Assembly: GCA_016188605.1 (NCBI GenBank)
Contig: JACPHP010000015.1
Coordinates: 18,833-82,832, forward strand
DNA from: Candidatus Spechtbacteria bacterium
GTDB lineage: Bacteria > Patescibacteriota > Minisyncoccia > Spechtbacterales > JACPHP01
Length of the DNA: 64,000 nt
Direction of reading: 5' to 3'
In this document: positions 1 through 8,905 of the stretch, piece by piece
Position numbering within the stretch: the first letter of the stretch is position 1
Layout: each line of letters begins with the position of its first letter
The notes under the pieces: model-generated
What the model saw: only the letters and a program-made list of their open reading frames with translations
What the model was told of the DNA's origin: nothing
Databases searched by the model: none
Program-made: the position numbers and the translations under genes

Positions 1-627
1 GGGCGTGTAAGGAAAACCGCCATCGTTATTTTGCGCGCTCTTAAGATAAGTTAAGGCGCTTTGTATACGAGAATCAGAGTTTGGCGTGCCTGCTGAAAGA
101 AGCGCGAGTATTGCCGCGCTTGTCATATTCGTATCCGAATCAGATACTGTCGCAAACCCCCACCCGCCATCTGTATTCTGACGCGAGATTATGAAGTCTT
201 TGGAATCTGCGATTGCGGAATCACTTACTGAAACGCCTGCGGAAATTAACGCGAGAATACCAAAATAGTCATCATTCAACATCGCGACGTCGCCGATCTG
301 GCCGTTAATGTGATAGCTTTTCAGCCCAGCGACATAATCCGAGGAACCGAACGTGCGAGGATCTTTGCCCATTGCGGTAATAGCAAGAATAGGCGCCTCA
401 TAGCTAACAGCGCTTCCGCCGCTTACAGTGGTAAGCGATGGCGCGGAAGATGATGATGGCATTGAATCAAGGGCGACAAGCCCCATCACGCTCCACGGGC
501 TATCGCCATGCGCGGCTAGATATGTTTGCGCGCCGCTAGTGCTGTAAGATGCGCTAACGTAATTAAAAGGAATTACTATAGAAATAACCAGTAAAACTGC
601 GATGAACTTTGAAAAATTATTTTTCAT
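1..627 (-). CDS. Secreted prenyltransferase/squalene-oxidase (terpenoid-cyclase-like) repeat protein; N-terminal part only, the gene runs off the window start
   Basis: ATG at 625-627 on the minus strand, reading frame open to position 1. N-terminal signal peptide MKNNFSKFIAVLLVISIV. Repeated QNTDGGWGF / QNNDGGFPY motifs typical of prenyltransferase alpha-alpha toroid repeats. Absent from the ORF track because there is no in-window stop. Confidence 0.5.
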   Translation of the reverse strand, partial: MKNNFSKFIAVLLVISIVIPFNYVSASYSTSGAQTYLAAHGDSPWSVMGLVALDSMPSSSSAPSLTTVSGGSAVSYEAPILAITAMGKDPRTFGSSDYVAGLKSYHINGQIGDVAMLNDDYFGILALISAGVSVSDSAIADSKDFIISRQNTDGGWGFATVSDSDTNMTSAAILALLSAGTPNSDSRIQSALTYLKSAQNNDGGFPYTP

Positions 628-1006
628 ATATTACGTTTAATTATCAAACGAAAACCACGCTCCGAGTGGAAGCGTGGTTTTATAAATAAAGTAAAAACGC
701 GGCTTCCCTTTGGCTCGAAGAGAATGCAAATATTCTTAAGATAGCTAGTTAGCATTCTGACTACTTTGTCCGAGCGCTCGGACAAAGATTACAGTTGCGG
801 CACAGCGCCGGAATTTTCCATTCGCGTAATTGCGAAGTGGAAGCACCGGACTTCCCTAACCGACTCTCGTGCATGGCACAAGAGAACTATCAAACATGTT
901 GGTAAAGTAATTATAAGTTTATAACCTCATAATTTTTCTGTCAAATAGATGTATGCGTCCACAATAGAAAAGCCCCACGTTTGTGGGGCGATTAACAAAG
1001 AATACG

Positions 1007-1306
1007 CTATGCCTGTTTCTGTAGAGTAGCTTCATAGGCCGCTTTTCGGTCGGCGTGGATCTCGGCGCGCTGCTTCTTAATAGTCTCAACGATATCGGCG
1101 GTTTGGGCTGCATCTTTTCCGGCGCTAGCATACGCTTGCCTAATTGTCTTAGCCGCACCACCAAAAGTGGCATGGCTAGATATCATAATCTCCGGATCGT
1201 CTTCATACTTAACGACGACCCAAAAGAACAAATGCTTAGAAACTATATAAATCCCGTATCTATCGGATATATAGCGCAAAAAACGATCGTGACCCATTCC
1301 TCCCAC
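1007..1306 (-). CDS. Hypothetical small protein
   Basis: 99-aa ORF followed (minus sense) by the hairpin gccccacaaacgtggggc at 970-995. No recognisable domain. Confidence 0.25.
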   Translation of the reverse strand: MGGMGHDRFLRYISDRYGIYIVSKHLFFWVVVKYEDDPEIMISSHATFGGAAKTIRQAYASAGKDAAQTADIVETIKKQRAEIHADRKAAYEATLQKQA

Positions 1307-1467
1307 CTTTTCTTTACAATCGTCCTACGCGGCAAAAGCACTATTAAATTGATTCCTGAATTCTACGCCTACCCATACTTTTGTCAAGGGCAATGCCAGT
1401 AACCGCTATGATAGATGTCACTCGCCCGTCTAACTATGCTACAATGAAATTAATTAACAAATGAAAA

Positions 1468-2100
1468 ATGAAAAATACTATTGCTTTTATAGTTGTTGGC
1501 TTAGCTCTAATTGGCGCGCTGTTTGTTTTCTATTCCAAAGATGCAAGCGCGCCTACTGAAACTCCAAATAGCACTCCGCCACCAGCTCAAGAAGGTCTGC
1601 CTGGTATGCAAACGTCAGATGCACCATGGAAGGTAGAACTGGAACACTTGAGAGAACGTCTTGACGCAATTGGCCTGCCTGCTCTAGCCCAAGAAGGCAT
1701 GGCGCTTCACACTCATCAGCACCTTGATATATATATTAACGGTAATACTTCGATGATAATCCCCGCCGGAATTGGCATGCATCAACTGGAGAACTTCATA
1801 TCTCCTATTCACGCGCATGCACCAGACAATATTATTCATATTGAATCTCCCGAAATAAAAGATTTCACCTTGGGCCAATTCTTTGATATTTGGGGAGTGC
1901 GCTTTACTACTGATTGTATTGGCGGATATTGCGCGAGTGATGACAAGATTTTGCGAGTATTTGTAAATGGTTCTCAAATACAAGGAGATCCGAGGCAAAT
2001 AAAGCTCGAGGAGCTACAAGAAATCGTTATAACTTACGGCACCGAACAAGAAATGCCAAACCCGATACCGCAAAACTATCCATCTATTCCTGGCGAATAA
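1468..2100 (+). CDS. Hypothetical secreted/membrane-anchored protein with His-rich motifs
   Basis: N-terminal hydrophobic segment IAFIVVGLALIGALFVF. Motifs HTHQHLD and HAHAPDN. No family recognised. Confidence 0.5.
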   Translation: MKNTIAFIVVGLALIGALFVFYSKDASAPTETPNSTPPPAQEGLPGMQTSDAPWKVELEHLRERLDAIGLPALAQEGMALHTHQHLDIYINGNTSMIIPAGIGMHQLENFISPIHAHAPDNIIHIESPEIKDFTLGQFFDIWGVRFTTDCIGGYCASDDKILRVFVNGSQIQGDPRQIKLEELQEIVITYGTEQEMPNPIPQNYPSIPGE

Positions 2101-2357
2101 TTCTAACTAAAAAAGCCCCGTGTGAACTGTACCCTCTACAGTAGACACTGAAAAAAAAGCTACTAGGCAGTTTCTAAAAGATGATTCCTGTATTCTACGG
2201 GGGTCATCTTTTTTCTTTGAAGCTTTGTTGAAGCCAGGCTTCAACGCGCGCGTGGAAGCCTGGCTTCAACAAACTGGTATAGAACAGAAAAAAGTGGACA
2301 CTTTTAGTGTCCACTTTTGGGGGTACAGTTCATCGCGGGGCGTTTTTAGTTAGAATC

Positions 2358-3620
2358 TTACAAAAATGCAAAGAAACCAACGGCTACCGCTGTCATTAAT
2401 GTAATAATAAAAATACCTAATACATTTGAAGTAGCGGAATTGGTAAACCGCCCCATTATATTTTTATTATTGGAAATAAGTAAAATGAGGACTAATATAG
2501 GGGGAGCAATAATAGCATTTAACGCCGCGGAATAAATAAGCATGCGAAAGGGGCTAATTGGCAAGAAGTTTACAAGCAACCCTATAAGCATAGCGGCTAT
2601 TATAACTCCGTAGAATCCATGCGCCTGTTTAAAATTTCTATAAAGCCCTTCCTTCCAGCCCAAGCTTTCAGACAGCGCGTATGAAGCAGAGCCTGCAAGT
2701 ACAGGCACGGCAAGCAGGCCAGAACCAATAATGCCTATTGCAAATAGCAAGGATGCAAAATTTCCCGCAATCGGCTTAAGCGCCAAAGCTGCCTGCGCGG
2801 GTGTTTCAATGCTCGCGATACTAGATTGCCCCAAGGTGGAAGCTGCCGCTATCATAATAAAGAATACAATAATATTGGAAAAAATCATGCCGATCTTAGT
2901 ATCAGTATTCATAGCGTTAACATCTCCCATATTGATTTTAGGCGTTCCCCTGCCCATCATGCGCAATTTATTACTCGCGACCTCTTCTTCAACTTCCTCA
3001 TTTGCCTGCCAAAAAAATAAATAGGGCGACATATTTGTTCCCAAAATAGCAAGTAGTCCCAGTAGAAAAGATTTATTTAATTCGATGTTAGGAATAATCG
3101 TTGCGAAAAAAATTTGCGTCCAGTCTTGTTTAACAGCAAATGCCACGCCCGCGTAAGACAATAACAAGATCGCTGAATATTTTAAGAATTGCGCATAAAT
3201 TCGATAAGAAATAACAACTTCAAGAAATAGTATAAATGATGCTATGCCAAAGAGCAGAAAGGCAAAAGGGATTGGCACGAGCAACTGCATGGATGCCGCC
3301 ATCACTCCTAAATCAGCTCCGATATTAATGGTATTGGAAACTAAAAGTAGCACTACGATAACGTACAATAAACTCTTAGAGTAGGTTTGCTTGATAACAC
3401 CAGCTAGCCCCTTGCCAGTGACCAAACCGATACGGCCGCACATCTCCTGAATCGCCACCATAAATGGTAAGGTAAACAGCGCCGTCCACAACATACCATA
3501 GCCAAACTGCGCGCCGGACTGCATGTGCGCGGCTACGCCTGTAGGGTCGTCATCCGCGGCGCCGCTAATAAAGCCAGGACCCAATATATTAAATATGTTT
3601 TTCTTTTGTTTTTCCGGCAT
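2358..3620 (-). CDS. mntH: NRAMP-family divalent metal (Mn2+/Fe2+) transporter
   Basis: GPGFISGAADDDPTGVA... MVAIQEMCGRIG motif region and multi-TM architecture typical of Nramp/MntH. Confidence 0.75.
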   Translation of the reverse strand: MPEKQKKNIFNILGPGFISGAADDDPTGVAAHMQSGAQFGYGMLWTALFTLPFMVAIQEMCGRIGLVTGKGLAGVIKQTYSKSLLYVIVVLLLVSNTINIGADLGVMAASMQLLVPIPFAFLLFGIASFILFLEVVISYRIYAQFLKYSAILLLSYAGVAFAVKQDWTQIFFATIIPNIELNKSFLLGLLAILGTNMSPYLFFWQANEEVEEEVASNKLRMMGRGTPKINMGDVNAMNTDTKIGMIFSNIIVFFIMIAAASTLGQSSIASIETPAQAALALKPIAGNFASLLFAIGIIGSGLLAVPVLAGSASYALSESLGWKEGLYRNFKQAHGFYGVIIAAMLIGLLVNFLPISPFRMLIYSAALNAIIAPPILVLILLISNNKNIMGRFTNSATSNVLGIFIITLMTAVAVGFFAFL

Positions 3621-3628
3621 ATGGCATT

Positions 3629-4465
3629 TTATGAAGTCTTTTTAACCACAATCATAACTTTTTCTACTGAAAAAATGATTTCGTGGTTGCCGGTGGGATA
3701 ATCTTGAAGCGCGTTATATAACACATCTTCTGCGTAACGATATTTTTCGCCGCGTCTTGTTCCCGAGTCATTAGTGATAAATTCTTTAGTTGCCGAGTCG
3801 TACCCGCGAATAAGAATATTGTGCTGTATCGGACCGGGAGGCACATAAAAAGGATTGCGCAATTTCCTACCATTAACAGGCACAATTACCATGTTTCCCC
3901 TTTCAAGCTCCGCCTTAATATCCGTAGTAGTAATATTCTCCTTAAGTTCCACATTACTATAACCAAAATATCCTTTGAATATTCTATCAATAGTATCTTG
4001 CGCCTTCGTGTCGCGGTACTCACCGTACATTTTTTGCTCCCAATCAGAAATGGTGATAATCTGGCTCTCCGCGTCTAAAGGAGCAATTGATTTCTTGCCC
4101 CGTACCCACAACATCGCCATAAGGACAGAAGCTTCTTCGCATCCCGCTTCTTGCCGCTGGTCTGCCCAATTGCCTAACGGAGCTTGCGATATAAATGGCA
4201 CGCTAAGAGAGGTTGCGCTACTTGATATGGCCGTTGGCGTAGATGCTGTTGGTGTTGGAGTTACTGGCGCAGCTACGGGAAGTTTGACCGGAGTATTAAT
4301 TGGACGCAACGATTGTTTTATGGATGTTGTAGTAGTTGTTATCTGTTTATCAGTGTACATCCCAATAACTACGCCACCTAAAACCAAGGCAAGACAAATC
4401 AAAAATCCCCAAAGTATTATTGGGGCGTAACTGGATGATGATTGCGTTTTTTGCACTCCTTTCAT
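3629..4465 (-). CDS. Membrane-anchored protein with Thr/Pro-rich linker and C39-like cysteine-peptidase-like domain
   Basis: N-terminal TM, TTTTS...PVTPTPTASTPTA linker, and GNWADQRQEAGCEEASVLMAML resembling Peptidase_C39_2. Recognised by memory only. Confidence 0.4.
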   Translation of the reverse strand: MKGVQKTQSSSSYAPIILWGFLICLALVLGGVVIGMYTDKQITTTTTSIKQSLRPINTPVKLPVAAPVTPTPTASTPTAISSSATSLSVPFISQAPLGNWADQRQEAGCEEASVLMAMLWVRGKKSIAPLDAESQIITISDWEQKMYGEYRDTKAQDTIDRIFKGYFGYSNVELKENITTTDIKAELERGNMVIVPVNGRKLRNPFYVPPGPIQHNILIRGYDSATKEFITNDSGTRRGEKYRYAEDVLYNALQDYPTGNHEIIFSVEKVMIVVKKTS

Positions 4466-4553
4466 TATAAAATTATATTACAACAAAATAACCCTTAGGT
4501 CTAAAAATGGCGGGGCAGCAAGCCAGTATTCTGTATTCCGTATTCTTGATTCT

Positions 4554-4937
4554 ATGTTCGTTCTATGCTACTCTGAAAGGAGTTCTATGGGTCTTATACT
4601 CAAAATCATTATCACAATTGCAGCCAACAGTCTTGCGGTTTACATCGCCTCGCTTTACATTCCCGGCTTTACATTCACCGGAAATTGGCTTATGCTGGCC
4701 ACAACAGGATTCTTTCTTGCTGTGGGGCATTCTATCGTCCGGCCGATACTGAAAATTCTCACTTTCCCACTCATAATTATTACATTTGGCCTCTTTAACT
4801 TCGTAATCAATATCATTATTATCTGGGGTGTGCATATGCTCGTCCCGGAGCTTGGCATTCAAGGCATATTGCCTCTTATCGAAGCTACGCTACTATTTAG
4901 CGTTACTAATGCCATGCTACATTTATTTAGACTATGA
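4554..4937 (+). CDS. Small 4-TM membrane protein (phage-holin-4_2 / YvlD-like family)
   Basis: 127 aa, four hydrophobic helices. Sequence pattern of the PF04020-like family. Confidence 0.5.
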   Translation: MFVLCYSERSSMGLILKIIITIAANSLAVYIASLYIPGFTFTGNWLMLATTGFFLAVGHSIVRPILKILTFPLIIITFGLFNFVINIIIIWGVHMLVPELGIQGILPLIEATLLFSVTNAMLHLFRL

Positions 4938-5209
4938 CTCTTCCCAACATACCAGTTCCATCATTTACTCATTTGCCGTCGTTGCTTCCCTCTAGCGCGG
5001 GGTGGATCTCTATTGCGCAGATTGCCATTGCGATTCTTTTGGTTATCGCGATCCTTCTCCAACAGCGCGGCTCAGGCCTTTCAAGCGCTTTCGGCGGACA
5101 GGGTGGCGTATATTATCAAAAACGCGGTTTTGAAAAAGTTCTCTATTGGAGCACTATTGTTCTTGGCGCCCTATTTGCCGGAGCGGCGTTCCTGATGCTG
5201 CTAGTGTAA
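4934..5209 (+). CDS. secG: Preprotein translocase subunit SecG
   Basis: LLQQRGSGLSSAFGGQGG motif and two TM helices. True start may be internal. Confidence 0.5.
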   Translation: MTLPNIPVPSFTHLPSLLPSSAGWISIAQIAIAILLVIAILLQQRGSGLSSAFGGQGGVYYQKRGFEKVLYWSTIVLGALFAGAAFLMLLV

Positions 5210-5214
5210 TCAAC

Positions 5215-5310
5215 GAATAACGAATCCGACACGAATATACGAATACTCTTGGGCAGTAATTCGTTTATTCGTAAAAATTCGTTATTCATTGATTAACTTA
5301 CCGTTATTCG
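5215..5310. repeat. Word-palindrome (cgaataacgaat words), sister copy of 34495-34600
   Basis: See 34495-34600. Confidence 0.6.
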
Positions 5311-7035
5311 TTGATAATTTCCATGTTTCGCTTACGACAATTACTGACAAAATTTTCTATTTTATTAAATAACCTTTCATCAACCGAACGATACATAGTC
5401 GGCTTTTTATCTGTAGTAGTTCTAGCATCTCTTATTGCATTTGCGGTACAATACTATCTTAGCAATACAAAACTCGCGCCCTCCACGGGAGGAAATTATC
5501 GCGAAGCAATGATTGGCCTGCCGCGTTTTATCAATCCGGTGCTTGCGCCCGGCAGTGATATTGATCGTGACATCGCGCGGCTTATTTATCCTTCACTTCT
5601 TAAATATGATGCGGAGGGAACCCTTGTGCCCGACCTTGCGGAATCTTATCAAGTCCTCAATAATGGCAAACAATACCGCTTTATAATTAAGGATCGCGCG
5701 CAATGGGAAGATAATACGCCAATTACTGCTGCCGATGTTGTTTTTACCATTAGCCTAATTCAAGATCAAAAATACAGCAGCCCCCTACGACAAAATTGGA
5801 TAGGTGTCGCCGCGAGCCAAGAGGGAGATCGCGTAGTAATTTTCAACCTTGATTCTCCTTACCCGCCTTTTACGGAAAATACAACGGTCGGCATTCTCCC
5901 TAAGCATATCTGGGAGAACGTGGCGCCGAATAGTTTTTTGCTTGCAGACGCCAATCTAAAACCAATTGGCGGTGGCCCGTTTAAATTTAATAAATTTCAA
6001 AAAGATTCTACGGGATATATTTTTTCATATGATCTTGCGCGCAATGATAAATACTATGCGCAGAAGCCATACTTAGATGGTATTTCGTTTAGATTCTTTG
6101 ATAGTGAAGATGAAGCGATTAGAGCGTATAATAGAAGGGCAGTGGACGCCGTAAGCACAATTTCCGCTACAGCTCTCGACCAACTCCACTTAACTTCACA
6201 AACTACCGTATATTCATTTACCCTACCGCGCTATTTTGCTATTTTCTTTAATCAAAACCAAAACCCAGCCCTGCAAGACAGCTCGGTGCGCCAGGCGTTG
6301 CAATTTGCAACTGACAAGGACTCGCTCGTCTCCTCCGCGTTAAACGGAAGGGGAGAAAAAGTTTCCACTCCCATCCTGCCGTTCATGCCGGAATTTAACC
6401 AAGCGGCGGGAGCAATATATTCGTTTGATGCTGATAGGGCCCGCGCATTGTTGGATAAAGCCGGCTGGCAAATTAGTGAAAACGATGGCACGCGCGCTAA
6501 AAAAAGCGGCGCTATATCTATGGCGCTGGACATTACGCTTGCCACGGTAGCATGGCCAGAGCTTCAAGATATCGCCACGGAATTACAAAAGCAGTGGGCA
6601 GCGGTTGGAGTTCGCCTTAAAGTAGAAACATATCAACTGGGAGAACTTCAGCAAAATATAATGGCGCCACGGAATTACAGCATGCTTCTATTTGGGCAGG
6701 TGCTTAGCCTTGAGCCCGATCCATTTTCTTTTTGGCATTCATCGCAAAAGAAGGATCCGGGATTAAACTTATCGTTATACGGCAATAATAACGTGGACAA
6801 ACTTCTTGAAAATGCGCGGCAAGAACAAAATCCAGCAACGCGAAATTCCGACCTTCAGCAATTCCAACAAATCCTGATGAACGACAATCCCGCAATTTTT
6901 CTTTACAACCCTTCATATCTTTACCCCGCCAATAACACGATAAAAGGTATTGAAAACGGCACGGTCGCGGATCCGTCATGGCGATTTGCGAATATTACGA
7001 ATTGGTACGTTAATACGAGGAGAGAAAATAAATAA
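5311..7035 (+). CDS. ABC transporter substrate-binding protein, family 5 (peptide/nickel type)
   Basis: 574 aa, N-terminal anchor. LVPDLAESYQV...YRFIIKDRAQWEDNTPITAADVVFT pattern of SBP_bac_5. Confidence 0.6.
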   Translation: MIISMFRLRQLLTKFSILLNNLSSTERYIVGFLSVVVLASLIAFAVQYYLSNTKLAPSTGGNYREAMIGLPRFINPVLAPGSDIDRDIARLIYPSLLKYDAEGTLVPDLAESYQVLNNGKQYRFIIKDRAQWEDNTPITAADVVFTISLIQDQKYSSPLRQNWIGVAASQEGDRVVIFNLDSPYPPFTENTTVGILPKHIWENVAPNSFLLADANLKPIGGGPFKFNKFQKDSTGYIFSYDLARNDKYYAQKPYLDGISFRFFDSEDEAIRAYNRRAVDAVSTISATALDQLHLTSQTTVYSFTLPRYFAIFFNQNQNPALQDSSVRQALQFATDKDSLVSSALNGRGEKVSTPILPFMPEFNQAAGAIYSFDADRARALLDKAGWQISENDGTRAKKSGAISMALDITLATVAWPELQDIATELQKQWAAVGVRLKVETYQLGELQQNIMAPRNYSMLLFGQVLSLEPDPFSFWHSSQKKDPGLNLSLYGNNNVDKLLENARQEQNPATRNSDLQQFQQILMNDNPAIFLYNPSYLYPANNTIKGIENGTVADPSWRFANITNWYVNTRRENK

Positions 7036-7039
7036 CAAA

Positions 7040-7170
7040 CTAATTTTCAATTTTCAAATCCCAGTTTTCAATGAATTTACAATGAAACAATTTTCAATAC
7101 GCCGTGTTTTTGACATTGAAAATTAAGATATTCATTGTAAATTGAAAATTGATCATTGAAAATTTACTCT
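7040..7170. repeat. AT-rich word-palindrome (ttttcaat / attgaaaa words) at an operon boundary
   Basis: Inverted arrays of short words between the SBP gene and pgi-like gene. Confidence 0.5.
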
Positions 7171-7171
7171 T

Positions 7172-8182
7172 ATGGTCTCACAAGTAGACAAATCAAACAT
7201 GCGCCAAGTAATATTGGATTTTCCTACCCAGCTTGAGACGGGATTAAAATGCGCGCAGCGCGCTATTCCCATAATTAAAAACCCTGTAACTAAAATTGTC
7301 ATTGCTGGCATGGGCGGCTCGGCATTGCCGGGTGAGCTGTTGAAGCTTGTTGCGGGCAATGGCTCTATTCTTTCGCGTCCTGCTGAAATACACATCCATC
7401 GTAATTACGGACTGCCCTACTACGCGGATGATCAAACGCTTGTCATCTGTATTTCATATTCCGGAGGCACTGAAGAAGCAATCAGCGCATATGATGAAGC
7501 TCGCGTAAGAAAATTGCCCGTAGCTGTTATCGCCATGGGTGGAGCCCTGCTTGAAAAAGCTCTTCGCGACGGCGTGGCGGTGGCGCAAATTCCAACAACA
7601 CATATTCAGCCAAGATCGGCGATTGGATACCAATTTGCTGCTTTGATAAAAATTTTAAGCAACGCCGGAATTATTTCTTTACAAGACGATGCGCTTATCG
7701 CCGCCGCCAAATCACTATCGCCCGCTTCGTCAGAAAGACATGGGAAAACTATTGCTGTAAAGCTAGCAAGGCGCACACCGCTTTTCTACGCCTCACAGGC
7801 TAACAAGGCGCTTGCGTATATATTGAAAATAAAAATAAATGAAAACGCCAAAACAATGGCTTTCTACAATTATTTTCCTGAGCTTAACCATAATGAAATG
7901 GTCGGGTTTACCCAGCCGCAAAACAAATTTTCTATCCTTATGTTGACTGATAGGAGTGATAATCCTCATATTCAGCGCCGCATGGACCTCACCGCTGACA
8001 TCGCCAAAAAATACCACATTCCCGTACTTCCTATTGACATTACAAATGAGAGGATATATAATAAAGTATTCAATGCCCTATTGCTGGGCGACTGGATCTC
8101 TTATTATCTTGCAATTCTCTACAAAACCGACCCAACGCCGGTAAAAATTGTGGAGGAGTTAAAAAAACGATTGGCGAAATAG
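7172..8182 (+). CDS. Bifunctional phosphoglucose/phosphomannose isomerase (SIS-domain, archaeal-type PGI/PMI)
   Basis: IVIAGMGGSALPGELLK and ICISYSGGTEE SIS motifs. ~336 aa as for the bifunctional PGI/PMI family. Confidence 0.55.
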   Translation: MVSQVDKSNMRQVILDFPTQLETGLKCAQRAIPIIKNPVTKIVIAGMGGSALPGELLKLVAGNGSILSRPAEIHIHRNYGLPYYADDQTLVICISYSGGTEEAISAYDEARVRKLPVAVIAMGGALLEKALRDGVAVAQIPTTHIQPRSAIGYQFAALIKILSNAGIISLQDDALIAAAKSLSPASSERHGKTIAVKLARRTPLFYASQANKALAYILKIKINENAKTMAFYNYFPELNHNEMVGFTQPQNKFSILMLTDRSDNPHIQRRMDLTADIAKKYHIPVLPIDITNERIYNKVFNALLLGDWISYYLAILYKTDPTPVKIVEELKKRLAK

Positions 8183-8324
8183 ATTTACGATTTAAGAGAT
8201 AAGATTTAAGAATTATTGTTTTTAGTTTTGTAATTCTTGTTTTAATTTTCAATCAATTGACAATAACTAAATTTTCTCCGCCTGAGACGCCTGCCCGCCT
8301 CTGGCGGGGATCAGCCTTAGCGTA

Positions 8325-8415
8325 AAATTACATTTTGTTGTAATTTTTGTTAAACGTAGAAATACATTTTGTTGTATTTTTTGTTAAACGTAGAAATACA
8401 TTTTGTTGTATTTCT
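8325..8415. repeat. Tandem repeat, ~34 bp x ~2.9 (aacgtagaaatacattttgttgtattttttgtta)
   Basis: Direct reading of 8325-8415. No spacer/repeat alternation, so not CRISPR. Confidence 0.6.
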
Positions 8416-8532
8416 TGCTCTGGCTGAAAACATAGTCATTGAGAATTGTGACATTGTAAATTCATTGCGTAGAGCAACGTGGTTGCCACGCAACTCTACG
8501 TTGTAAATTGTAAATTGAAAATTCTTTAATCG

Positions 8533-8585
8533 CGGACGTGGTATCCTGCGCTAAAGCTTCGGAATACCCGATCCCTGTAAGAAAA
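8533..8585 (+). pseudogene. Degenerate partial copy of the tRNA-Leu 5' half
   Basis: gcggacgtgg matches the first 10 nt of the tRNA-Leu at 8634. The following tgcgctaaagcttcgg resembles its anticodon-arm region, with the D-arm deleted. Confidence 0.35.
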
Positions 8586-8633
8586 TTATTTTTAGATAAA
8601 CTGCTTGCAGTTCCGAAGTTTTAACGAAGGACT

Positions 8634-8719
8634 GCGGACGTGGCGAAACTGGCATACGCGCTAGCTTCAGGTGCTAGTAGCCGCAAGGCTGTGGAGGTTC
8701 AACTCCTCTCGTCCGCACC
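8634..8719 (+). tRNA. tRNA-Leu (anticodon CAG)
   Basis: GCGGACGTGGCGAAACTGGCATACGCGCTAGCTTCAGGTGCTAGTAGCCGCAAGGCTGTGGAGGTTCAACTCCTCTCGTCCGCACC. 7-bp acceptor stem, anticodon loop TTCAGGT, long variable arm, T-loop TTCAACT. Close match to E. coli tRNA-Leu(CAG). Confidence 0.8.
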
Positions 8720-8723
8720 TAGT

Positions 8724-8838
8724 AATCTCAAAACTCAAAACTAAAATCGCAAATCTGAATTTCAAATTTAAAATCTTCGCTCGTAGTTTTTAGATTTGAG
8801 CTGTAGTTTTGAGATTTGCCATTTGAGATTTGAGATAT
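8724..8838. repeat. 'atctcaaa' AT-rich word-palindrome element
   Basis: Left arm made of aatctcaaa/actcaaaac words, right arm of tttgagatt words. Family recurs at 10845, 14385, 18955, 27990, 44965 and 63560. Confidence 0.6.
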
Positions 8839-8905
8839 TATGCCTATTTTTACAAATCCAATAACATTTAACATTCTTATCAAATAACTAAAATTAAAAT
8901 AATTT

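Noticed and set aside
919-1402. Overlapping ORFs 919-1173 (-) and 1055-1402 (+)
   Set aside because: Mutually overlapping, no motifs, in a region full of hairpins. Only 1007-1306 is retained, and at low confidence.
8325-8415. Tandem repeats considered as a CRISPR array
   Set aside because: Only ~3 contiguous units with no intervening unique spacers and no cas genes.
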